Origin: Octopus sinensis
Taxonomy: Eukaryota
Direction of reading: 5' to 3'
DNA length: 27,463 nucleotides
NCBI RefSeq assembly: GCF_006345805.1
Contig: NW_021833325.1
Location: forward strand, 1 to 27,463
Positions 1-10,800 of the stretch are shown one piece after another. Within the stretch, counting starts at the first letter, position 1; every line of letters starts with the position of its first letter. The notes below the pieces were generated by a model, which had not been told where the DNA came from, did no database searches, and saw only the letters and a program-made list of their open reading frames with translations. The position numbers and the translations under genes are program-made.

Positions 1-617
1 AAATTTAACATAGACGGTATTAGTCCATGGAAATATCTAAAAGGAGGCACATACTAGAAAGTGAAAAAAAGTATAGATAATAAACCACTAGTAACATGGG
101 GTTCTACTTTTCTTTCTTCATTTATATTTTTCACAAAAAAAAAAACATACGATAAGGGCATTTGTAGAATACAGTTCAATAAAAGGCAGCCAAAAGCAAC
201 AAAAATTTCAGATCCTGTGATATAGATCGTCTTTGATGGTTTTCTCTATAGTTCGGAAGGTCTCTATTTTCAAGACACTGGCGAGAAATATTCAGTATCT
301 ACATTTAGAATGTCCAAATTATATACAGTAGAAACTCCCTTCTTGATTTGCTCGGATAAAGCTAGTTATGTTTCTTTGGTGCTTTGTTTTCTACTCTATC
401 AGTAATTCTAGAATCTCTGTTACATGATCAGAACAACAATGACAGACTTTCTTCTTTGCTTTCTCGATGATTAAAGGGAACAAGAAACAAGGATTTCGTT
501 TCTCATCGTTTGGCTTCCCACAGTCCACACCACAGATCGTTCTTTATTTGTTTATCCTGAACTCTGGTATGTGGAAAATGTCTTTGCTCCGATAGTAATG
601 TTTGTAATTGCGTTTAT

Positions 618-653
618 GCGTGTGTGTGTGTGTGTGTGAGTGTGTGTGTGTGT

Positions 654-691
<38 letters not shown>

Positions 692-871
692 GTGTGCATT
701 TTTGTATGCAAAATGGTGGTCATGGACGGATAGAATACAGACGTGCGAATGTGTACATGCGGGGAAAAATATATATTCAAAACATTTTGTATATGACTAC
801 ACACTTATATACGTACATATACACATATATGTAATATAGTTATACACATAAGCACACACATCCACAAACTC

Positions 872-918
<47 letters not shown>

Positions 919-957
919 TACATATATATATGTGTGTAGATATAGATATATATATAT

Positions 958-989
<32 letters not shown>

Positions 990-990
990 A
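618..990. repeat. (TG)n then (TA)n compound microsatellites
   Basis: TG run ~618-688; TA runs ~873-990. Confidence 0.95.
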
Positions 991-1587
991 CTCATGTGCA
1001 TGCATACAGATATATGTTTATGTATATATGCATCTGCATCTAAATGTATGTCTATATACATATTTATTTATTTATTTATACATACATAGATACATACATA
1101 TATACGAAATCATACAACATCACAGCCACATACACACATACACACTTAATAACAGCCCCTGGCTAAAGCAATGTACTAGGATCCCTAGATACACAACAAC
1201 ACCATATACTCCAAACCCTGAAGCCAATCGTCTAGTGTGCCCTGTCTTAAGACAGTACTAGAAGAGTTGCATCAATAATGAATAGTAAATAGTACATGGA
1301 ACAAACAGGAACAAACAGTGAAAGAGCTTAAATTGACAGGAGGAGCAAAGTCATCTAATCTTTCTGGCGTTGTTGTTCACCTAAGTCCCGAAAAGACAGA
1401 CAGAGACGTAATCATTGTAGTTGTAGGCAAGTAAGTGAGATATTTATATACCAATATTTGCAATAACAGTATTATGATGGAATGGCTTTGGCTTGCATCG
1501 AAAAATATCAGGAAAATGCATTACACTCACACTTATAGCGAGTTAGCTAGCTACATAGATCAAGATACATGCATACATACATTCATA

Positions 1588-1799
1588 CATCATCATCATC
1601 ATCATTTAACCTCCGTTTTCCGTGGTAGCACGGGTTGGACGGTTCGACCGGGTTCTGGTAAGCCAGGAGGCTGCACCAGGCTCCAGTCTGATCTGTCTGT
1701 TTCTACAACTGGATGCTCTTCCTAACGCCAACCACTCTGTGAGTGTAGTGGGTGCTTTTTACGTGCCACCGGCACAGGTGCCAGGGGAGGCTGGCAACA
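1588..1799 (-). mobile_element. 3' half of a SINE-like repeat (family E) with (ATG)n tail
   Basis: Reverse strand reads ...GGTTGGCGTTAGGAAGAGCATCCAG...GGAGGTTAAATGATGATGATG; GC-rich island ending in a trinucleotide tail; no tRNA head present. Confidence 0.65.
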
Positions 1800-2267
1800 T
1801 ATAAAAATATGAAGAAAGAAAATGGAATTCACAAAGATTTTTTATTATTAATTAATACGATCGTTTCGACCTATCGTGCAACGGTGCCTCGCTGGTGGGA
1901 CGCCATGCAAACAGTTGTAGAGCATTGTAAACTAAAATCTATTTCGCTTATTTCAATTACAATACATTTAGTGTGCTACGCGGCTACGCAAGGAATTGTG
2001 AGTGACATCAGGTAACCGAATTTGACATAAAGCTATAAGTTTATAAGTTTGTTCTGAGTTGCCTCTCTTACTTAGGTACATCCCTTTGACAAGAGTTAAA
2101 AACTCAAAACACCGATGTCTGGGATTCCTGATAGATGGCGGCACTGAACAAACCGGGTGTCTTCACAACTTTTTACCATAAGAGAGATGTTTTCTTCTCG
2201 GTAACTGCAGTGAATTTGCCTTTTAGCAGTTGAAATACGTCACAAACGTATTTTAACTAACCTAAAT

Positions 2268-2304
2268 TCTCTCTCTCTCTCTTTCTCCACACACACACAC
2301 ACAT

Positions 2305-2380
<76 letters not shown>

Positions 2381-2422
2381 ATATATACGTGTGTGTGTTT
2401 GTGTGTGTGTATGTATAATATG

Positions 2423-2457
<35 letters not shown>

Positions 2458-2475
2458 TGTGTGTGTGTGTGTAGG
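2268..2475. repeat. Compound (CT)n(CA)n(TA)n(TG)n microsatellite
   Basis: Direct inspection. Confidence 0.95.
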
Positions 2476-2784
2476 TGTAATATTTGATCACGTGATGTTA
2501 TGCAATGAATTCAAGTCGTCCCCAGATCCAAGTCGCCTTTCCTCTTTACTACAACAATAAAATAAACAAGTATCGCCATGTTCTTCTATCGATTACATCA
2601 GACATATGACGAACGCAACCCACAACTCCATAATTTTAGCATTTGTGCTGCATTCTTCTCTTTGTTCTTTTCGTAAATAATACTGTAAGAGGTCGCTGCT
2701 TGTTAGAACATTAAGGAGATACGTCCGGAATTTCTTAGCCGTAACCTTTTAATCGAAGAAGAGGGTTAGTTAAAGAATATCACT

Positions 2785-2917
2785 ATTATATCGACTTAAT
2801 TGAATGGTGCTATATTTCATCGATTCCGGAAAGATGAAAAGTAAAATTGACCACAATAAATAGAGAGAACAAAACTACATAAGGCAATCGTCCGAGGTTC
2901 TTGCGATTCTGTCAGCG
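2785..2917 (-). mobile_element. Highly diverged family D-like SINE remnant
   Basis: TTCATCGATTCCGGAAAGATGAAAAGTAAAATTGACC resembles TTTATCGACCCCGAAAGGATGAAAGGCAAAG of the D copy at 24769; ends GATTCTGTCAGC versus TCTCTGCCAGC in the 4876 copy. Confidence 0.45.
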
Positions 2918-2929
2918 GCCAATAAATAC

Positions 2930-3113
2930 GCATGTACACACATACAAAATACATACATACAAAATACACACACATAAGTACACATACATACACATACACA
3001 TACATACACATACACATATACATATAACCATTTCATTCTTATATATATGTGTGTGTATATATGTGTGTGTGTTATGTGTGTTTGTATGTGTTGTATGTAT
3101 ACTGTATATATAT

Positions 3114-3160
<47 letters not shown>

Positions 3161-3180
3161 TATATATATAGATAGATAGA
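2930..3180. repeat. Compound (CATA/CA)(TG)(TA)(GATA) microsatellite
   Basis: Direct inspection. Confidence 0.9.
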
Positions 3181-3224
3181 TGATGAGATATATCAGCAAT
3201 ACTTTCCGCTGGTTATACTTGAAC

Positions 3225-3467
3225 GCGCATACATGGCTTAGTCATTAGGCTGCTGCACTCACGATCGTAAGATTGCGGTTTCGACTCCTGAACTAGGCGA
3301 TTCGTTGTGTTTTTGAACGAAATGTTTCATCTGAGGTCGCTCTAGAGCACATAGCTGGCAAAAATTAGTAATCCTACTACGGACCGTCGCCCTATTCAGG
3401 GAGGAATCTAAATGCGACAGAAAATCCGGGAAACGGTCTCTATGTTCCTTACGGAGTAAGCTACAAC
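3225..3467 (+). mobile_element. tRNA-derived SINE (family G), diverged
   Basis: A-box-like TGGCTTAGTCATTAG and B-box-like GGTTTCGACTCC; alignable with 4036-4279. Confidence 0.65.
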
Positions 3468-3638
3468 TACATACTTTGTTACATGCACAAAACAAAATGC
3501 ACAAAGGCTGTAAGTCAGCAAGACAGGCGCACGATGTAGTGGTCATGGTCGGGCTCGTGATTATGATGCGTTGTCTTTCAGCCATGTACACAGTGACATC
3601 GAAGTCACAGTCAACTCCGTACTTGTAAAAATTAATAA

Positions 3639-3851
3639 AATATAGTGGTCGTATACTGTCAACTCAATGTGACAGTCCCGTGAGGGAATTACACCACCGC
3701 CATTTAGCCCTAGAAAACATCGACGTCTCTTGTCGGCTGTGACACTTTCTGTGTCCTTAGGAGACGTCGATGTTTCCTAGGGCTAAATGGTGGTGGTGTA
3801 ATTCCCTCACGAGACTGTCACATTGAGTTGACTGTATACGACCACTATATT
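3639..3851. mobile_element. Fold-back / MITE-like element, 91-bp inverted arms with 31-bp spacer
   Basis: 3639-3729 is the reverse complement of 3761-3851 with 4 mismatches; palindromic ATAT/TA at both outer ends. Confidence 0.7.
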
Positions 3852-4035
3852 GCTTCACCACCGCTTATGTCTCTCTGAGACATTGAGAAATTCAATATTT
3901 CTAATTAATAAAATATGTTCTCTACTAAAACGTATTGAATAATCCTTCAGTTTAATGAAATGCACACATACACAGACACACATATATAATGTGCGTGTGC
4001 GTGTGTGTGTGTGTGCGTGTGTGTGTGTGTGTGTG

Positions 4036-4279
4036 TGGTTTAGTGGTTAGGATGTTGCTCACATGACAGTAAAATTGTGCTTTCGATTCCTGGACCGAGC
4101 GATGCGTTTTTTTCTTGAGCAGACCGCTTCATTTCACGTTGCTCCAGATCACACAGCTTGCAAAAAAAAGAGTAGTCCTGCGATGGACTGGTGTTCTTTC
4201 CAGGGTGATGGGGTGAGGTGATACATACACCACAGAATCCAGTTAACTTGCTTTGTGAGCATATGATTCAGGAAGAACC
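4036..4279 (+). mobile_element. tRNA-derived SINE (family G)
   Basis: TGGTTTAGTGGTTAG ... TTTCGATTCCTGGACC head, then CTTCATTTCACGTTGCTCCAG ... CCTGCGATGGACTGG; second copy at 3225. Confidence 0.7.
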
Positions 4280-4508
4280 ATTCGTGATATTATATATCTT
4301 TTGTCTTTTATAGTCGCTATGTTGCAGCCGTGCTGGGACACCACTTTGAGGAACTCTTTTAGTTGAATGAATCGCCCCCAGTACTTAATTTTTTAAAACC
4401 TGACACTTATTGTATCATGCTCTTTTGCCGATCCGCTAAGTTACCGGTTGTCAAGCGATAGTGGTGGTGGGGACAAACGCAGACACAAACATACACACAT
4501 ACACACAT

Positions 4509-4549
<41 letters not shown>

Positions 4550-4550
<1 letters not shown>

Positions 4551-4767
4551 GAGGCGGGGGTTGAAAAGTTCCTAGCTTTAAGGGTGTCGCGAAAGGCCTG
4601 GTTGAAGGCCCAGCCTTCCGAGTTCTTTTACAGGGCTTAGAAAACCTGAAGGATCGCTGCAATAAGTGCAGGAATCAGAGAGGGGAACATGTTGAATAAA
4701 TCATAATTAACTGAACCTCCTGCATTTTCTTCTAGCCAAATCCAGGAACTTTTCAGCATTTCCCTCG
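4550..4767 (+). mobile_element. Mariner-derived MITE (218 bp), TA-flanked
   Basis: TIRs CGAGG-N7-TGAAAAGTTCCT at both ends; TA on each side; interior encodes a frameshifted AWLKAQPSEFF/QGLENLKDRCNKCRNQRGEHVE*, typical of a mariner transposase C-terminus. Confidence 0.85.
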
Positions 4768-4875
4768 TATGTATATATACAGCAGGCTTCTTTCAGTTTC
4801 CGTCTGCGAATTCACTCACAAAGCTTTGCTCAACCCGAGGCTATAAGAGAAGACATGTGCGCAAGGTGCCATATA

Positions 4876-5098
4876 TATTTCTTTACTACCCTCAAGGGGC
4901 TAAACACAGAGGGGACAAACAAGGACAGACAAACGGATTAAGTCGATTACATCGACCCCAGTGCGTAACTGGTACTTATTATCGATCCCGAAAGATTAAA
5001 GGCAAGTCGACCTCTCGGCGGAATTTGATTCAGAACGTAACTGCGACGAAATACGGCTACGCATCTCGCCCGGCGTGCTAACGTCTCTGCCAGCTCTC
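4876..5098 (-). mobile_element. tRNA-derived SINE (family D), full length, 16-bp TSD
   Basis: CGCAAGGTGCCATATA at 4860-4875 and 5099-5114; matches the copy at 24769. Central GCCTTTAATCTTTCGGGATCGATAAT..AAGTACC resembles, from memory, a conserved SINE central domain (Meta-type); not verified. Confidence 0.85.
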
Positions 5099-5270
5099 CG
5101 CAAGGTGCCATATAGTGGGACTGAACCCAGAACTATATGGTTGGGAAGCACTCTTTTTTTCTGCCTTTACTGAGCATCAAGCTAATATTATACATTCCAT
5201 ATGTACGCGCTTTTGACGTTTTGTTATTTGCTATATTTAATGTTCGATTTTAACGTTCTGTTTTATTATA

Positions 5271-5667
5271 TACTAGCAGTATCGCCCGGCGTTGCTCGGG
5301 TTTGTAAGGGAAATAACTATATAAGCATTTTTAGAGATGTAAAGTATAATAGCCATCTCAATATGGCCAACCAGAATGGGGGGTGTTACTGTAGCTTTTT
5401 ACGTTCTGAGATTTAATAATACATTTTTAGAGAGTTAATTCCCTTATATAATAGCAAAAAAATGCATTAAAATGGGAAAAAATTATGGTAAATTCTTTTT
5501 AAAATCGTAGACTCATCGTAGACGCGCGCTAATACCCAGAAGGGCTCGATATGAATCACGACTATAAGATACCCGCTTTTGGTTACACTGCACCGCAAAA
5601 TGTGGGAGTAGTTAGGAATCTAAATCGTAGGAGACAGACACACAACTTTACTTTTATATATAAAGAT
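5271..5667 (+). mobile_element. Non-autonomous Helitron/Helentron-like element (Lep1/HINE-like)
   Basis: Starts TACTAGCAGTATCGCCCGGCGTTGCTCGGG (subterminal hairpin); ends GACAGACACACAACTTTACTTTTATATATAAAGAT; no TIRs or TSD; same 5' end at 14691 and 11629. Confidence 0.6.
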
Positions 5668-5972
5668 GTATATATATAACAGAAAAAGAAAGTTTTTTTG
5701 CCAATCCTAGAAAATTAACAAATAAAGTCAATAATTACTAAACCATACAAAAATGCATTGATGACAAACAGATGCTGTTAAATAGGTATATGTCAAGGAA
5801 TGATACATCAGTCTAAGCAAAAATTAGATCGTATGATGACGTTTATTACAAAAGACTAATTGACGTGTAGGGTGATTAATCAGGCTTTGATCGATAAGCC
5901 AACAACTATGAACACATCACAAAAATGAATAATCGACTTTGTACAAATAAATAAATAAATTCTACAGCCCAC

Positions 5973-6035
<63 letters not shown>

Positions 6036-6092
6036 CCTATCTATCTATCTATCTAACTATCTATCTATCTATCTATCTATCTAGTACTCTCC

Positions 6093-6130
<38 letters not shown>

Positions 6131-6174
6131 GTGTGTGTGGGTGTGTTGTGTGTATGTATATTCATATGTGCATG

Positions 6175-6225
<51 letters not shown>

Positions 6226-6277
6226 TATACATATGTATGTATGTATGTATGTATATATTTGCATATGTGTATATATA

Positions 6278-6319
<42 letters not shown>

Positions 6320-6355
6320 AGAGAGAAAGAGAGTGAAACAGAGAGAGAGAAAGAC
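5973..6355. repeat. (CTAT)n, (TA)n/(TATG)n and (GA)n microsatellites
   Basis: Direct inspection. Confidence 0.95.
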
Positions 6356-6559
6356 AAATAGGGAAAGGGACCACATTCTGATTTCTACATGTGTATACAT
6401 ACACGTGCACATAATATGTATAATATTATTTAACGCACGCACACATACACACACACACTCACACACATATTGATTCGTATATTTACTCGCACACATTTCT
6501 ATTATATAAAATACATAGAAATATATGTAATATGTATAATATATGTGTATATACTGTTT

Positions 6560-6902
6560 ATTGTTTCAGACTGCGGCCATGCTGGAGCACCGTCTTGAAG
6601 AATTTTTAGCTGAATGAATATGTCCCAGTACTTTATCGTAAGCCTGGTACATATTATATCGATTTCTTTAGCAGAACCTCTACTTTACACACAAAACGTA
6701 ACACACAAAAACCGTTTAAACGGTGGAGGTGGGGGAGAAACATCGACACGAAGATACACACACACATAGATATATGTATATACAACGGGCTTCTTTCAGT
6801 GTCAGTCTACCAAATCCACTCATAAGGCTATGGTCCGCCCGAGGCTATAGTAGAAGACACTTGCCCAAGTTGCCGTGCAGTGGGACTGAACATGGAATCA
6901 TA
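6560..6902 (-). mobile_element. Family C SINE, diverged
   Basis: GACTGCGGCCATGCTGGAGCACC ... GGGCTTCTTTCAG ... GAAGACACTTGCCCAAG ... GTGGGACTGAAC. Confidence 0.8.
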
Positions 6903-6954
6903 TAGCAACGCATGTGCTTATGTGTTTGTGTGTGTGTAAGTATATAGAATATAT

Positions 6955-6958
6955 ATAT

Positions 6959-7007
<49 letters not shown>

Positions 7008-7149
7008 TGGTGGAATACACTTTAATCAATCATCAACTACCAGATAATACCCATTCACAAAATTTATTAACCAACTACATAGGAACATCAAGATCAAACA
7101 CATGGATATATGTTTATCCCTAGAGGGTTACACTCACATCCCCTATCTC

Positions 7150-7210
<61 letters not shown>

Positions 7211-7350
7211 TACATACATTCATACATATTATATGCATGTATGTATATGTAATGTATGTATATACACACATAAACACATACACATACACACAAACATACA
7301 TACATCATACATACATACAAACACATGTATACACCCATACATAGATATAA
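6955..7350. repeat. (TA)n runs and degenerate (CATA)n
   Basis: Direct inspection. Confidence 0.9.
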
Positions 7351-7779
7351 GTATATGTGCATAAAACTATTAATACTGTGGGCAGAATATTCAAAATTCA
7401 CATTCGTTTCTATAGAGATTCTAATATCAGCTGGATACCCACAATTTTGTAATACGTGCCCGTTATTTATTACCTGTACGTGTATGCATATATGTCGCAG
7501 TGCATACGTGTTGATATGTATGAGAGCATGCGTGTGCAAGCGTGTGTGTGTGTGTGAGTAAGATCTTGTGGCATGTGAGTGTGTGTAGGTGGTGTAGGTG
7601 TGATACGGTCGAGTGTAATTTATTGTCGAGGCACCTTGCATGTGTTTGCTCTCGCGATTAATGCATTCTCCACATTCATGCAAGTATTTTTACTGCTTCT
7701 TCCGATCTCTCGTTTCGTTGTATCTCTTGTCCTTCATCTCTCTTTCTCCTTTTACCTCCCTCTTCCGCCCCACCTCTTT

Positions 7780-7938
7780 CTATCTGTCTATCTATCTGTC
7801 TGTCAGTCTGTCTACCTGTCTGTCTATTTCCATGCTGTTCACGTTCTCACATACAAATACTAAATAACACCAAACTTTGTAATATATAAATATGATTGTA
7901 TCTTCAATAACTGTGTGTGTGTATGTGTGCGTGAGTAA

Positions 7939-7971
<33 letters not shown>

Positions 7972-8220
7972 GTGCTTGTGTAACATACTATGTATGTTTG
8001 CTAAGCAAGTGTTTTTATGTATTTACGGATATTTAGACATGTAAAAGATACATAAATCGCATATTATTCTGTACCTCATACTCACACAGACAAGGTATTA
8101 CAGAGGGAGAGAGAGAGACTGAGAGAGAAAGAGAGAGCTTAAGAGAGAATGAGAGAGAGAGAGAAAGAGAGACAAATAGACAAACAGACAGATAAACGGA
8201 TAAACAGACAGAGACAAAGA
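7780..8220. repeat. (TCTG/TCTA)n, (TG)n and (GA/GACA)n low-complexity tracts with unique spacers
   Basis: Direct inspection. Confidence 0.8.
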
Positions 8221-8552
8221 TACGCAGGGATTATTTAAAAGGATTCTTATTGTCGTGACTTCAGTTTCGCAACATTACAATCGATGCGAATTTGCCTGAT
8301 GATCGCGGTAGTTTGAAACTTTACCTTCTCTATAAAGGATACTATGAACATAGAAAGTATACTTTAGAACTCTAGCTCAAGTAATGAGTACTGTTTTTTT
8401 TTGTTCGACAAACTATATCATCTGAATGTGCTTATAAGCGCATATTTGTATATGTGCTTAGGGTGTGTACTTAATTATACACGCAAAATACTATGAAAAT
8501 ATATATATCACCAGGTCTCTTGAACTATATATACATACATATACATATATAT

Positions 8553-8722
8553 ATAGGCGTAGGAGTGACTGTGTGGTAGATAGCTTGCTTACCACCACAT
8601 GGTTCCGGGTTCAGTCCTAAAATGGGCACCTTGGGCAAGTGTCTTCTACTATAGCCTCGGGCCGACCAAAGCCTTCTGAGTTGGTTTAGTTGACGGAAAC
8701 TGAAAGAAGTCCGTTGTATATG

Positions 8723-8766
<44 letters not shown>

Positions 8767-8996
8767 GTATGTTGTGTTTAATGTTGTGTGTCTGTGTTTT
8801 GTCCCCCCAACATCGCTTGACAACCGATGTTGGTGTGTTTACGTTGCCGTAACTTAGCGGTTAGGTAAGAGAGAACGATAGAATATGTACATAGGATTAC
8901 AAAGAATAAGTCCTGGGGTCGATTTGCTCGACTAAAGGCGGTGCTCCAGCATGACCACAGTCAAATGATTGAAGCAAGTAAAAGAGTAGAAAGAAT
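8553..8996 (+). mobile_element. Family C tRNA-derived SINE, full length
   Basis: Head with GGGTTCAGTCC B-box-like motif and ACCTTGGGCAAGTGTCTT; internal TA/TG microsatellite; tail with CAGTCAAATGATTG hairpin and AAGAGTAGAAAGAATA terminal repeat. Confidence 0.85.
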
Positions 8997-9070
8997 AATA
9001 TACCCGACTTCATCATATATATGCATTGTCGTGGCATGCCAGAAAATGGTTCTCCCACTATTTATTTGTA

Positions 9071-9416
9071 CGACAACGATACGACGATGGCAATCCCTCA
9101 AGGTCGAGGATGATGGTCTTCGCGCAAATTTACTGGTGAGTCCGTAGGTGACCGATAAGACCAATTCTTGCTTGAAAAGATCGGTCGCAGTGCGGACATC
9201 TAGTGCCGAAAGGGAGAGTCGCACGTGGTTGTTGTTGGCGCTCCTTCCGTCGTCGTCTTTTCTCCTCCAGCTCTGCAGACCTTTTCGACTCGAAAGTCGC
9301 CGTTCCCTCATGGATGGTGGTTTTCCAGAGTGGTCTGTTTTTTTGCCAACAACAGCTCCACCAACTCTTGGTCAAAATCTGGACAAATGAATTTGTACCA
9401 TCCAACTTCAGGGATG
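9071..9416 (-). mobile_element. RTE-clade LINE insertion: 3' end plus inverted RT fragment, 13-bp TSD
   Basis: Minus strand 9130-9340 encodes NRPLWKTTIHEG...CPHCDRSFQARIGLIGHLRTHQ* (RTE C-terminal zinc-finger-like motif) followed by a short 3' UTR; plus strand 9345-9416 encodes QLHQLLVKIWTNEFVPSNFRDA; TSD CTATTTATTTGTA at 9058-9070 and 9417-9429. Confidence 0.85.
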
Positions 9417-9789
9417 CTATTTATTTGTATATAGTCGTTGACTAGCGATTCGGTTCGTCCGCGGTTCGATTCAGGTAAGGATATTGATTAACCACAAAAA
9501 TGGTAAAATATCGGTTTCTATCACTCCAGAATGGAACTAAAAAGAGTCGTCTTGCCTATCTATGACTTTTATTCACCTAGTTTTTACCTGTTTACACTTT
9601 TATCGCCTTCAAACATACATACAAAAATATTATGTTATATACATACACTCACAGACACACACACTTATTTACATGTTAAATCATATTTACCTTGTAATAA
9701 ATACAATAACTTTGCTGGGGTTTTTTTGTGCTTGTGTCCGTGTGACAATATACTTTTTCATTTGTAGACGCATGGCAGACATAGCGGAG

Positions 9790-9807
9790 ATAAATAAATA
9801 AATAAAT

Positions 9808-9880
<73 letters not shown>

Positions 9881-9949
9881 TGATGATGGATGGATGGATG
9901 GATGGATGGAATGGATGGATGGATGGATGGATAGAATAGATAGATAGAT

Positions 9950-10014
<65 letters not shown>

Positions 10015-10015
10015 G
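9790..10015. repeat. (TAAA)(GATA)n(GATG)n(GATA)n tetranucleotide array
   Basis: Direct inspection. Confidence 0.95.
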
Positions 10016-10189
10016 TAATTAAGATAAGATGCATAGATTTTGGCTATATCTAACTTAAGAGCTTCACTTTGATTAATCTTTTAAGCTGCGTATTAGATCA
10101 TGGCCCCCACGAATGAAGAATTATTGTTGGCCAAAATGTATCCTGGTGTCGTTTATGTGTCTGGATGGTATGTATTGCACGTTTGTTTC

Positions 10190-10325
10190 ATGTATGTATG
10201 TATGTATGTATGTATGTATGTATGTATGTATGTGTGTATGTATACATGTGTGTATGTATGTATGTGTGTATGTATGTATGTGTGTATGTATGTATGTATG
10301 TATGTATGTATGTATGTATGTATGT
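10190..10325. repeat. (TATG)n microsatellite
   Basis: Direct inspection. Confidence 0.95.
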
Positions 10326-10378
10326 TCTTTTTCTTTTTGATTTAGTGCAGATTTTGAGAGGCCACCTACTTGGGTAGC

Positions 10379-10800
10379 AAGGAAAATGTTTTGTTTTATT
10401 CATCATCTTTTCAATCTTTAGATGGTTTGCAAATTTTTATAGTCTCAAATATGGTGATCATTCTTAATGTATGGTATGTATGCATGCATGTATGTATGCA
10501 TGTAAGTATGTATGTATATATATGTATATATGTAGGTAGGTATTTATGTAAGTTTACGTATGCATGTATCTCTGTATGTACCTATGTATGTATCTATGTA
10601 TGCGTATCAAGGTTGTGAAGGAAAACCATCTTGTCCTGTTCGTCATCCTTTCAATCTTAAGAAGGTTTTGTACGTTTTTAGCCTGATATCGTGATCTGTT
10701 CTAGTGTACTGTATGTATGCATGTAAATATGTATGGATGTATATACGTATTTTTGTGAGTGTATGTATACACGTGTCTCTGTATTTATCTATGTATGTGT
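10379..10800 (+). repeat. Diverged two-unit tandem duplication, period ~239 bp
   Basis: AAGGAAAA...TCATC.TTTCAATCTT.AGA.GGTTT...GTGATC...GTATGTATGCATG occurs from 10379 and from 10618. Confidence 0.7.

Larger units (their letters stand above)
4297..5151 (-). mobile_element. Family C SINE interrupted by a mariner MITE and a family D SINE
   Basis: Segments ~4297-4549, 4768-4875 and 5115-5151 rejoin to match the intact C copy at 8553-8996. Confidence 0.8.

Noticed and set aside
1-540. Possible decayed coding or retroelement sequence
   Set aside because: No recognisable motif in any frame and no second copy.
2077-2205. Candidate exon (CTTACTTAG acceptor) and YY1/CTCF-like TAGATGGCGGC at ~2132-2142
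   Set aside because: All three frames hit stops before a good donor; a single short motif match is expected by chance.
8285-8325. CTGATGA...GAAAC hammerhead-like spacing
   Set aside because: No stem I, poor stem II and no GUH triplet.
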